Source: Felis catus
Taxonomy: Eukaryota
NCBI RefSeq assembly: GCF_018350175.1
Contig: NC_058371.1
Location: 199,330,001 to 199,394,000 of the forward strand
DNA length: 64,000 nt
Reading direction: 5' to 3'
Under the pieces are notes generated by a model that did no database searches, was not told the DNA's origin, and saw nothing but the letters and a program-made list of their open reading frames with translations. The position numbers and the translations under genes are program-made. Each line of letters opens with the position of its first letter. The stretch's first letter is position 1. This document shows positions 23,449 to 34,724 of this stretch, in pieces.

Positions 23449-25399
23449 TGTATTTGCTTTTGATGCTACTAGAGCTAATTAGAAGTAAGTAGAAACCTTA
23501 CCAGGGGCCAGATAAGTGCTTTGAAAGCGTGAATTCGCATTATCCCCTAAACAAGCCTATGAAGGTTTTATTAACGTCATTCCCATTTCACAGATGGGAA
23601 AACTGAGGCACAAAGAGGCTGAGCAAACTGCCTACTGACACACAGCCAACCCAGGAGCGGCTCTGCTTTGTTTCCCCAGGTGAGTGAAGCCAGTTGAGGA
23701 AACAGCACACGGGCTCTGTCCACCAAGATGTTGAGGCTGTAAAACAACCAGAAGCATTTATTTGGGGTTTTAGGGATCGCAATCCAGGAGAGAGAGTCAA
23801 CAGACACGGCAAGTGTGCTGCCATGAGGGGGTAGTGCGGGCTTAGGAAGGCAATACCCACAAGGTTACATAAGTTGTTTTGAAAGAATTATGATTGGTGC
23901 TGGCAGTCTTTAAACTGACCATGTAGCACACGTTGGACTTTTTGGCTAGCAGGCGTCCAAAGTAGAAGGATGCGTTCCAGGAGGTGGTGGAGCTTGCGAC
24001 TGACCAGAGTCAAAAGTTCGCGGTGTTCTGAGAATTCAAACAGGAGAGGAGAATACGCCCTGCTTCCTCAATATCCTCTCGACTCCCTCCCGACTCTATT
24101 TTGGGTGACTCTCCAAGCCATGCTTACTCCCTTCAGAATCTCCTTTCACAGCCATAACCATTAACAAGTCCATGAGGAAAAACATCTCTTCTGATGGGGA
24201 AGAGGAAAAGGGCCAGTGACAGCCAGATTCTGACCCGGGACCCAAAGAGCCCATAATGGATGAGACCCGACAGCGGTCTGAGTCTTGAGCACAGGCTGCG
24301 TGTCGTGTTCTTAGAAGGTTCTGAACTGATGCTGAGGTAGTAAAGAGGAAATGGGGAAGTCAAGAGATGCGGAGAAGATCGGGTTGACCAGTTGGCTGTG
24401 GAGAAAGAAGGAGAAGGACGGTGCCCTAACATCTGGCTTGGCGTTGGGCTGGCGCACAGTGGGAGTAGCAGTGTCCTTGATTTGCTATTTTTGAAATCCA
24501 AAGCAAAAGGATCCCTTCTGGAATTGATAACTCCCAACCACTGGGTTCCAGTCTCTCCGCCTTGAAAGGAATTCTCCTTACGTGACCCTGGTTATACAAC
24601 TGGTGTGGGATAGACATCCCGCCGAAGTGTCCCTGGAAGACCTCCCCGTAATGAAAGTCATTTCTATTCTGACCCCACAGCGTCTTCGGCTTGACTTCTC
24701 GTCTTCCCCAACCACACGTCGGGGTTGGAACCATCTGACTCCAACTCCATTCTTGCCTTTGGCTGTGCTACGTCTTTCTTTCCGCGTAACAAGCTCCCAG
24801 TCACATTTCAAGAGCCTGCTTACTTTCTGAACCCTACAGAAACCTTTCTGCCCCATCTCAGGCAGAATTATTTACTCTTTTCTCTGCCATCTTCCTAGAT
24901 TTTGCAAAGGTCTCCTCTGCTAATCAAAGGGGAAGAATTCTTTACTTTTCATCTCAATATTTGCTGAGTTTATAAATAAGCACTCGGTAAATATTGAAGA
25001 CATAAGCAAACAAATGAATGTCTGAAATGCGTAAATTAGTCCTTGTCTTCAACGGCTTATTTTGCTACTTAGAAATAGCAAAGGGTTAGTAGAGCCATGA
25101 AATGAAGGCTTCTAGCACTTGGCTATTTGTCTGGAATGCCTCCGTCACCACTTGCCAGCTGTCAGGGGAAATCACATCACCTTTGAACCTGAGTGCGTTT
25201 CCTCCGCTGTAAATCGGGGTGGATGACACCCAACCAGGGGTGACATCGTTGTGAAGGTTCAGCTGGTAAGCGTGTGCAGGGTGCATGGCGCCATGCATCA
25301 ATACTGGGTATCTGTCAGGAAGTGGTAGATGGTGGCGGTGGTGACAGAGAGATAGTTGCATGATTTTCTTCTGTGAAGGGGTTCTCTCTTAAAAGAATG

Positions 25400-25580
25400 G
25401 TTATCGTAGGTTGAAACCTATCTCTCAAAGATATACGTTGAGGTCCTAACCCCTCAAATGTGTGACTGTGACCTTATTTGGAAACAGGGTCTTACAGATA
25501 TTGTCAAATTAAGATGAGGTTATCCTCCCCTATGGTGGGCCCTAATCCAATAATTGGTGTCCTTGTAAGGAAAGTGGATT
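25400..25580 (+). mobile_element. MLT1 (MaLR) LTR 5' fragment
   Basis: GTTGAGGTCCTAACCCC...GTGACTGTGACCTTATTTGGAAACAGGGTC...TTAAGATGAGGT...GGGCCCTAATCCAATA...GGTGTCCTT. Confidence 0.75.
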
Positions 25581-25589
25581 TTGTTTCTT

Positions 25590-26012
25590 TTGTTTCGTTT
25601 CTTCAGCTCTATTGAGGTGTAACTGACAAATAAAACTGTATGTATTTAAAATATATAAGATAGAGGGGCGCCTGGGTGGCTCAGTCAGTCCAACATCTGA
25701 CTCTCAGTTTTGGCCCAGGTCATGATCTCAGGGTTGTGGGATCGAGTCCCGCTCAGCATGGAGCCTGCTTGGGATTCTCTCTCTCTCCCTCTGCTCCTCT
25801 CCCCTGTTCTCTCTCACTCTCTTCCAAATAAATAAATAAATAGAGTGAAAAATCCCTGCTTTGTTCAAGTCCTGTTGCTAGTACTCTGTGCCATCGCTCA
25901 GACTTCTTGTCTAAATAAAAATAAAATATATAATATGGTGATTTGATATCTGTTATACTTTGTAAAATATTTACCACAATTCAGTTAATTAACACATCCA
26001 TCACCTCACAGA

Positions 26013-26056
<44 letters not shown>

Positions 26057-27130
26057 ACTTAAGTCCTACTCTTAGCGAAGTTCAAGTATGCAATATAGTA
26101 TTATTAACTAGGGTCACTAGGCCATGCCTTAGATTCCCCAGAGCTCATTCATCTTGTAACTGAAGACTTGTACCAACATCTCCCCCATCTACCCCCTGGC
26201 CCCAGGGCCTGGTAACTACCATTCTACTCTATCTATGAATTCAGGCTCCCCCTTTCCCAAAAAAGTTCACATATAAGTGAGATCACACAGTATTTGTCTT
26301 TGTCTATCTGGTTAATTTCTCTTAGCGTAATGCCCTCAAGTCAAGGTCTATCCATGTTGCTGCAAATGGAAAGTTTCCTTCCTTTCTCATGGCTGGGTAG
26401 TATTTCAGTGTGTGCGCGCGCGCGTGTGTGTGTGTGTATACATATACATACATACACACATCACATTTTCAGGCATTCATCCGTGGATGGACACTTAGGT
26501 TGTTTCCATATCTTGGCTATGGTGGATTTGCTGTAGTCAGCATGGTGCAAGATATCTCTTCAAGATATTGATTTTGTTTCTTTCAGCTATATATCCTGGG
26601 ATTGCTGGGTCACCTGGTAGGTCTACTTTCAATTTTTTTAGGAACCTCCATACTGTTTTCCCTAATGGCTGCACCCATTTACGCTCCCACCAACAGTGTA
26701 CAAGGGTCTGCTTTTCTCTACATCCCCACCAATCCTTCCCTGTTGTCTTTTTGGTAAAAACCACCCTAAGAGGTATGAGGTGATGTCTCCTTGTGGTTTT
26801 GAGTTGAATTTCCCTGATAACTCGTGATGGTGAGCATATTTTCAGGTTCGTTTTGGCCATTTTATGTCTCCTTTGGAGAAGTGTCTATTCAGGTCCCTTG
26901 TCCATTTTTGAAATTGGATTACTTGTTCGCGTTTTGTTTTTGTTTTTGTTTTTGTTTTGCCATTGAGTTACAGAAGTCCCTTCCTCAGTTTGAATATTAA
27001 CCCCTTATCAGATACATGGTTTGCAAATATCTTCTCCCAATCCCATAAGTGCCTTTCATTTTGTTGATGGTTTCCGGTGCTGTGCAGAAGCTTTTGAGTC
27101 TCGTGTAATCTCACGTGTTTATTTTTCTTG
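25590..27130 (-). mobile_element. L1 (L1MA/L1MB-like) 3' fragment
   Basis: ATAAGTGAGATCA, GATGGACACTTAGGTTGTTTCCATATCTTGGCTAT, GGAACCTCCATACTGTTTTCC, CCCACCAACAGTGTA, ATATTAACCCCTTATCAGAT, TGTGCAGAAGCTTTT. Confidence 0.88.
25665..25921 (+). mobile_element. Can-SINE with about 70 bp of extra 3' sequence, inserted in the L1
   Basis: SINE 25665-25842, unique segment 25843-25912, second A-rich tail; TSD TAAAATATATAA at 25647 and 25922. Confidence 0.8.
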
Positions 27131-27517
27131 CTGGTGCAGCAATCAAGGACCCAGTGACCTGGTGTTTGTGGTAAGTGTCAGACATCGCACTACCTGTGGG
27201 TCTGATACAAGGCACAGTCTGCCCCCAAATATATATGGTGGGCATGTCTCAATGCTTTAAGGACAGACATTCATGCAGGTGGATTGAAACAGACCCAGAA
27301 ACACTATGCTTGATGGAAAGAGGGAGAACAGTGCACCCCGCGAAGAGCGGCAACTTTTAGAAAGTCCGCGAAATAAACAATTCCATGTCCACCTTGGACA
27401 AATACTGCAGGACACGTGTTTCTCCCGGTGAAGACAGTGTCTACTTGATTTTCATCACCTTTCAAAGAAAAAGTGGTTCCCATCAGCACTGTGTGATTAT
27501 GAACCTTGCAGATACAC

Positions 27518-27523
27518 TTTATT
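27518..27523 (-). terminator. CYTL1: CYTL1 polyadenylation signal AATAAA
   Basis: TTTATT on plus strand, about 455 nt past the stop; first canonical hexamer I found in the 3' UTR. Confidence 0.7.
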
Positions 27524-27977
27524 TGGCAGTGAAATTTCTTTAAAAATGAAAGTTGATGGTGGGAGGGGGTAAGAAATAGAAGATTGGCTACATGTACGCA
27601 GAAACCTATCAAGAAGGAAAAATGTTACTGGTACTACATTAAAGCAGTAATACAAAGCTACTGTTTTGCCTGCTCTCAATCGAGATGTTCACACAAGAGA
27701 AGCTGGTTTCCCCTTTCCTTCTCAGTGATCAAATACACATCCTTGTGCATCTAACCATCCGGCCAAGACAAAACCAGGCAGAAATGAAAGCAAGACTTCT
27801 GTCTTCAAGGTAGGTTTTGGGGGAGGCGCACACACTTTGCTTTCCAGCAGGTGGAGAGACGTGACAGTTTCTTACACTATAGTGACAGAGAGACCTGCCA
27901 GGGCGCATGGCTTTAGCCCACCGAGTCTGGGCAGCTGACATAACTGTGGTCCCCTTGGGCTCACTTTCTGGATTGTC

Positions 27978-28061
27978 CTATCTCTGACGGCCTGGCAGGA
28001 CCGTGGTCACTGGGACTGGGTATTCCAAGGCATCGCAGTCATCAGAGAGGAACACCAAATC
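27978..28061 (-). CDS. CYTL1: CYTL1 coding exon 4, to the TAG stop
   Basis: Read manually (not in ORF track): DLVFLSDDCDALEYPVPVTTVLPGRQR*. TTTTTCAG acceptor; TAG at 27980-27978. Full protein 135 aa. Confidence 0.96.
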   Translation of the reverse strand, partial: DLVFLSDDCDALEYPVPVTTVLPGRQR

Positions 28062-29201
28062 CTGAAAAAGATGTGCAGTGAGCAAGAATGTTACCGAATG
28101 TGGCCCCAGAGCTCATGCACGACAATAGGACTCCTGGTTATCTTCAAAGGCTGTTCGGTTATTTCTTTTTGTGTGAAAACTTCCCGTCCCTTATTCTCCC
28201 GAGGAGAACCGGCCATGTCTTCACGCTCCCAAAGAACGTGATATAATACTGCATTAGAAATATAAATAATCCTGTATTATAATTGTATCTTCTCCCTGTC
28301 TTCCCCCACCCCACCCCACAGACCAAGGGCAGAGGGGAATGAGGACAGAAATGGGAGTGGGGAGGAAATCCATGGCAAATCTTTGATTCACGAACAAACA
28401 AATGGAACCAAATAGCTAATCATGTATCCTGAGAACTTACCCTGGGCCCAGGCCTGGTGCTAGGAATTCTCTGAGTGATCACTTCGCTAACGTCTTAGGA
28501 CCAATGGAGTTCCTACAGCGACCCGCACCCATGGTTGGGGAGTCGTTATTACCAGTATCCTTCCAATGATGGCGTGCGGTGGGCATAATTGTGTCTCTGG
28601 TTCACAAATGGGGAATGTGTGGCTGAGAGCAGGGACGAGTGGCTCCCATCTGGGAAGCAGGAAGACGGAGCGAGCTCAGGTCTGTCTGATGCGGAAGCCT
28701 GTGCCCCCGGGGATCACACGACTCTGCTTTCTACGTCTAGTGCTCAGGCTTTGGTGTTCTACGTTTCCTGCATTTTTCTGCCTCCTTCCCCTCTCCTACC
28801 AGAAGCCTCCTATCACAGAGCATCCGAAGCCCCTCTTCTGGAAAGTCTCCTCTGACCCCAGTGCTCGGAGCTCCCCGAATTCATAACCTTCTCTTCCCAC
28901 CCCTGCCCCATTTGGCTCCTGGCCGAGTCTGTCTCATAGGTTTAGCATATGGCCCTGGATGTTGTCCCCACACCAATGTGACTCATGGAGGGGACGGCCT
29001 TGTCCTGAGTGCCCGTCACTTACCAAGGGTGGCGATGGTAGAGGAAGGGCTTTGTGAACTGAAAGCACCCCATAAATGTTTCTCCTCCTTTCTCCTCATC
29101 TCCGGAACACCCCCGCCCCCCGCCCTCCTCTTCTACGAGCCCTGGGCTGAGCATCTTGGCTGATCACAAGCAGAGAAGGAATTTTCAGTAGTGCCACCTA
29201 C

Positions 29202-29330
29202 TCTCCTGCAGAAGGAGTTCATGATGGTGTACAGTTTCCGCACTTTGTCCTTCAAGGCATCCACCTGGGCCACTTTCCAGCACTGGGGCGAAGCCACAAA
29301 GTCCCGCAGCTTGGCCAGCACGCAGTAGTT
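29202..29330 (-). CDS. CYTL1: CYTL1 coding exon 3 (129 nt)
   Basis: NYCVLAKLRDFVASPQCWKVAQVDALKDKVRKLYTIMNSFCRR; CAG acceptor 29333-29331, GTAGGT donor from 29201. Confidence 0.97.
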
Positions 29331-29462
29331 CTGGGAACGGACAGCAGGGGTAGGGTCACGGAGGAGTCAGCAGCCAGAGGGACAGGAGTTGCGCGCCCCT
29401 GCGCCCTTCTGCACGGCTCTCTCCCCACCCCATGCCTCCCCCAGGCAGGAAGACCCTCTTAC

Positions 29463-29507
29463 GTGTATATCCAGGCGTAGCCTGGGCAGGTACCTCACAC
29501 ACGCCTC
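29463..29507 (-). CDS. CYTL1: CYTL1 coding exon 2 (45 nt)
   Basis: EACVRYLPRLRLDIH; CAG acceptor 29510-29508, GTAAG donor 29462-29458; phase 0. Confidence 0.96.
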
Positions 29508-29627
29508 CTGCGGGAAGGGATACGGGTTACCATGATGCCCACGGGCACACAACATCGGCTGGTCACAGAAGGCTCCCTGCCACCCTCCCAACAGCCATAC
29601 AACCCCATACACACCTTCCTTGATCTG

Positions 29628-29632
<5 letters not shown>

Positions 29633-29670
<38 letters not shown>
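29633..29670. repeat. (AC)19 microsatellite in CYTL1 intron 1
   Basis: Directly visible. Confidence 0.95.
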
Positions 29671-29673
<3 letters not shown>

Positions 29674-29819
29674 TGGGTTTGATTACCTATGCATGGTCAG
29701 AAAGCTGTAATACTATCCACGAGAATGTTATGGCAGTTGTTACTGCTAGTGGTAGAATGGCAAGTGATATTTATTTTCTTCTCTGTCCTTTGTGCTTTTT
29801 CCAACTGTTCTATAAAGCA

Positions 29820-30157
29820 CAGTATTCCCCCCCCCGCCCCACTTATATGTGGGAGCTATATGCCAAGACCCCTGTGGGTGCACAAAACCGTAAATAGTAC
29901 TGAACCCTATAGATCATATTTTTTTTCCAATACATACGTACGAGCCCAGATAAAGTTTAATTTATAAATTAGGCTCAGTGAGAGATTAACAGTTACTACT
30001 AATGAAAGAACAATGATAGCAACATACTAGAATAGACTGACCCTCTGACCATACGTCAGAAGGGGGATCGTCTGCTCTGGGGCCGCGGCTGACCGCGGTT
30101 GACCGCAGGTAACTGAAACCCCGCAAAGCAAATCCACGGATGAGGGGGGATCTACTA
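29820..30157 (-). mobile_element. MER44-like Tigger-derived MITE in CYTL1 intron 1
   Basis: TIR-like ends CAGTATTCCCCC / GGGGGGATCTACTA; internal CCGCGGTTGACCGCAGGTAACTGAAACC and ATAGTACTGAACCCTATA. Confidence 0.7.
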
Positions 30158-30204
30158 TATATGCCTTTTATAATTAGGGAAAAAATACACATTATTTAAG
30201 TTTT

Positions 30205-30250
30205 AAAATAAAATAAAATAAAATAAAATAAAATAAAATAAAATAAAAAA
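30205..30250. repeat. (AAAAT)n pentanucleotide repeat
   Basis: Directly visible. Confidence 0.9.
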
Positions 30251-30968
30251 GGTGTCAGGGTATCATAATCCCACATCTGAGAAACATTACATTTTGTTTG
30301 AAGTGTTTACGCTGGGTGAAGAGACACTTTATATTTTTTCAAAGCTCTTAATGAGGTTTCATTTGTTTCTCTACCGGACAAGCGGTCAGGGGGCCCGGGT
30401 TCTAGCTCTGGGCAGCTCTTCTGGAACCTCCTGCCCCCACCGTGCCCTGGGTCTGCCTGTTGAAACAGCAGTGATAACAGCACTAACGTTCCCGGGGCGA
30501 CCCCCGCCCCGCGCACTGCGCAAGCCTGTCTCATTCACGCCTTTACCCTCGCATCGCCCGAAGAGGGTGGCAGGCTCTCTACCACCCGCCCCCCTCCCCT
30601 CCACAGCCCAGCACACTGAGATTCAGGGGCCGAGCGCTTTGCCCAGGGTCCTGCAGCAGGGACCCGTTCTGGGGGTCACCCCCTCAGCCCACGCTCACCA
30701 TCTCCGGGCTCAGTGAGGGCAAAGAGCTTAGTTCTGTGTTCCTCCTCAACTCCAGAGCTCTAGGCTCCTTGGGGAGCTTTTATTTCATTTTACAACAGAT
30801 CCTCTCATTGTTGCTGGCAGCTTACAGACAAAGACCTTGTGAGGTCTCGGATAGATTTCCCTTCTAGTCAAAACACAAGAGATGCAAACCATTGTTCTCT
30901 TACTTAGTAGGATGGGAATAAAATGCAAACCCTTGAGATAAACATTGACCAGAAAAGAAAAAAAAAGG

Positions 30969-30970
<2 letters not shown>

Positions 30971-31004
<34 letters not shown>
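30971..31004. repeat. (GT)17 microsatellite in CYTL1 intron 1
   Basis: Directly visible. Confidence 0.95.
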
Positions 31005-31008
<4 letters not shown>

Positions 31009-31085
31009 CTGGCCCAAAGGCACGTTTTGGGAGACCGGGTCTGCACGGAGCCTCCTGGCGGGGCGGAGGGCAGGTGGGGACTCAC

Positions 31086-31235
31086 CGAGGGCTCCATGGC
31101 CTGCAGGCGCTGGGCGTCCCCAGTGACCTCCCGGCTCAGGCTCAGCATCCTGGAGTAGCAGGTCGGGGGAGCGGGCTGTGCCGCGGGGGGTCCGGCCAGA
31201 AGCAGCAGCAGCAGTGGGAGCAGCCCGGGCGTCAT
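31086..31235 (-). CDS. CYTL1: Cytokine-like protein 1 (C17), coding exon 1: signal peptide plus helix A
   Basis: Translates MTPGLLPLLLLLLAGPPAAQPAPPTCYSRMLSLSREVTGDAQRLQAMEPS (50 codons), matching the CYTL1 PPTCYSR motif. Start context GCACCATG; GTGAG donor at 31085-31081. Confidence 0.97.
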
Positions 31236-31239
31236 GGTG

Positions 31240-31600
31240 CTAAGGCAGCCTCCCTGCGTCCCTGTGGCCGGCAGGCGCCCCTTTAAGCGGCGGCTTGGGG
31301 GTGGTCCTCCACACCTCCTCCGCTTCCTGTGGGCCCCCGCCAAGGCCACGGAGCACGCCCACCTGGCCCTGGACACTGGATCCTTTCAGACCTGAAGCCC
31401 CCCCCCACCCCCCACCGCCTTGTGAGAGGAGCGGCCCGCCTGGGGACACCTGGAAAGGATGGGGGTGGGGGGGCCCTTCCTCTCCCACACCTTCTCTGCT
31501 GGCAGGGGCGCTCCTGAAAAGGCAGGGCCGGTTGGTGAGGGGGTGGGGGAGCACAGGAAGACAAGGACGGAGTTTCGCTCGGGGTGAGGGGTGGGCCTTC
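31240..31600 (-). promoter_or_regulatory. CYTL1: CYTL1 proximal promoter
   Basis: TATA-like CTTAAAG at about 31287-31281, roughly 50 nt upstream of the ATG. ETS motifs ACAGGAAG at 31330-31323 (minus) and 31553-31560 (plus). GC-rich with CACCC boxes. Confidence 0.6.
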
Positions 31601-34600
31601 GGGCTCCTCCGCAGTTGGGGTGGGGACCCTGTTGTTAAACCAGAGCAGAGCCGGGGGAGGGAGAGGGGCCGGAGGTGAGGGATTGAGCACCAGTGATGCA
31701 GGGGCTTGGGGTCAGGCAGCCCGGTGTCGACGTGTCCACCCACCGCTGACCGCCCAGAGGAAGCCTAGGGGGTCGCTTACCCTTGGAGTGGCTGCGCCTC
31801 TGCGTCTGCAAGACGGGCTCTTCCCGTGCCTGTGGTTGGGGGGATGTGTGAGCACCCCCAAGCCGGGAGCACTTCAAGCCCCTGGCCCAGGCCTCGGCAC
31901 AGAGCAGACCCTCGGGAAGCGTGGTTTCTCCGAATGTGCAGGGGCTCCTTTAGTGACAAGGCTCTACGGGCGACGCTCCTGTACGGAGACCCAGTTAAGG
32001 ATGAGCTCTCCCCTCAGAGAGGGGCCCACTTCCGGTGACGCCCTTGGGCAGGTGTTTTGGCTCGTGCCTCCCTCTGGTTGTCTGTGAAATGAGGATGACA
32101 GGAGCGCCTAGCTCAGAGGCCCACGGTGAGGAATAAAGGACACAGACCTAGTGTCACCGGCTGAGCTAATGTCACTGTCTCTACGCACACGAGTGTCCCT
32201 GTGGGGGCGCGGGCGCCGAAAACAGTCCCATGTTCCAGGTGGGAAAACTGAGGCTCAGAGGATTCCAGCAACTGGCCCGAGGTGGCAAAGCTGGAAGCAA
32301 ATGGGTCGAGGCGGGGCTTTGTGCCCTGTCCTCCTGCGAGAAGCAAGATCCTCACGGTCAGGGATGCACTTGGGGCCCTTGGGCTGCCCAAGGGGGACCA
32401 GAGAACAGGCAAGGAGAGGAGTAGTCACAGAGAGGAAGGTACCTACTCGACACCGAGCGTCACTGCACACCGTTTCTGTGACAGCTATCCCGGCTGTTGT
32501 CACGAGTGCCATGAGCCCCGCGGAAAGTCCCTCAAGTGGGTGGGGCCATTCCCATTTCCCCGACGAAGAAACAGAGGTCTCGGGGGACATGAAACCAGTT
32601 GAGGTCACAAGGCTCATGAGGAACCCGGGCCTGTGTCTGTAGGTCTCCCAGGGCTCTCCGGCTGCAAGGGAGGGTACAGAGGAGTGTGGTGTCCCGCCCC
32701 CGCCTCTCCCTGCAGCATCCGCCCCGAGAAATCCCATCCTAACCCGGTATCATGCATCCCCCGTCCACACACAGAGTAGCGCCACCCCCGTCCCTTCCAG
32801 GCCCGAGGTCTTGTTTATCTAGCTTTCCGGCGTGAAAGCCCTGGGCTGGGATCACAGCCACGCCTTCCTGTTTTGCAAGTGAGAGTGGATTCTCTCAACA
32901 CTTTTATCGAAGTGACCTGGGGACAGTCTCTGGGGCACCCTCCCGGACAGGACGGGACTGTGTGGGTTTGGAGCTGAGCGGGCAGCAAACAGAGAGGTGG
33001 TTTTCTTCTGGATGAAGGAGTCCCTCACTCCCCACATGGAGTGCCTACGGCGTGGGCCTCCCTGGCAGACCAGCGGGCCCAGCCAGGGACGCCAGGCCTG
33101 CTTTGAAAGGCCCCAGGGCTTCTGGATGGGTCCATCGAATGAGCTTCAGATTCAGAGCAGGGAAGAAAAACAAGCCCAGACACCCAAACAAGTCCTTGGA
33201 CCATTCAGATGGAGAGGATGGTGTATTGGAAAACAGGAGTCGTCAGTGCGTTTGAAGTCCAGATAAACATGTCGCTAGGAGATCCGGCCTTGTCTCACTC
33301 GGGACGCGGTGAGCGAGCGGTTGTGGATGGGGCCCCTCGGGCAGATCAGAAGCTTCTCCTGCACCCTGAGCTCCAGATGCTGAGCTCACCTTCGCCCCCT
33401 TCCTGTCAAGCGCGCCTCCAGAGCCTGCTTGCATACCTCCCTGGATGGGGAACTCATTGCCTGCTGGGGCCACTCTCCAGGCTCGGGGCAGCTCTGGCTG
33501 ATGCAGACTTTCCCCAAGGTGAAGGTGAGTTGTGACGACTCCCCTGTGCTCCCGTCTTTGGCTTAAAACTGCTTTCCCTTCTTCCGCAGAACAGCCCTGT
33601 CCCGATCCTAAGGCCACCCCTGTTCTTCAGTCTGTGCTCAAGCACCCATCCTTGCCCCTCCAGACAGAGTCGGCTCTCTTTCAGAGCAAACGTCTCCCGC
33701 GGAAGTGGCTTCCGGATCTTTTCCCACAATCGCATCATGATTAACATCTTTCTGCCTGGAGCAGAAATCCTCTCTCGCCAGCCCGTTTCAAGGGCTCCCC
33801 TGGTTCCCCGAGGCCTGGAAGACCGTCTGAGGTCTCCGGCCTCCTCTCCAGTCTCTTCCTGGTGGCGGTGATGATAACTCACTCTGGAAGTGCTGCCTTG
33901 CTCTGAGGCCAGGGCAAATGTCAGTGTATGTATTTTACCGTCGTCATTTGAGGGCACCGAGGCCCAGAGAAGCCGAGTGACTTACTCCAAACCACACAGC
34001 ATTAGTAGTCGCAAGGGTCTGTAGTCACCATACCCAAGTGGCCTTTAACTTTCAAATATGCTGTTCCCTCTTCTTGGAAGACCGTTCCCTCACCTAGTGT
34101 CCCGGGTTTGCTACTTCTCACCCTTCCATTCACAGCTGAAGTGCCGCTTTCTCCAGGAAGCCTGCCTTGACCCACAGAGGCTGGACTGGGTCCCCTCTGC
34201 CCGACCATCTCCCCCAGACCCATCACCCTCCCCTGCTCTGCCACGTCACTGTCCACTCTGGCTGCTGTCTTGTCTGCTTACCCATCCCCCATGGGCAGAG
34301 CAAGTGTCCACTGTGTCTTTATGTCCACAGCAGGGGGCCTGGGGCCAACACGGAGCACGTGTCCGGTAAACATCTTCCTCCAAGTGGAGACGACCACCCC
34401 TTTATTCACCCTGGTGTGTGTCACTGGGTTTCATACGCAGACTGGAGCAGCCCTTCTTGAGAAGTTTGATCAAAATGAGGCTGTCACCTCCTTATTTTGG
34501 GTCCCTCTTGGGTCAGTTAGGACTGTAGGTGGCACGTGACAGAAGACACAGCTTGAGAAGCCAAAGGCTAAATTTCTGGAAAGTGTACCTGGAAAGTGCG

Positions 34601-34724
34601 ATGGTAGCATGGAGCTCAGGAATGGTTTGATCTAGGGACTCCATGATGTCATTAAGAAATCGTCTTTTCCTGCCTCCCTATTCCACGCTATGATGGCCTT
34701 CTGATGGGTCAGCTTCTTGAGGCT

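Noticed and set aside
26294-26860. ORFs with L1 ORF2-like peptides ([21 protein letters not shown])
   Set aside because: Degenerate L1 relic with stops and frameshifts; not an intact retrotransposon.
31236-31376. In-frame upstream extension of CYTL1 in the ORF track
   Set aside because: No upstream ATG; it crosses the TATA-like box; the ATG at 31235 has good context and gives a normal signal peptide.
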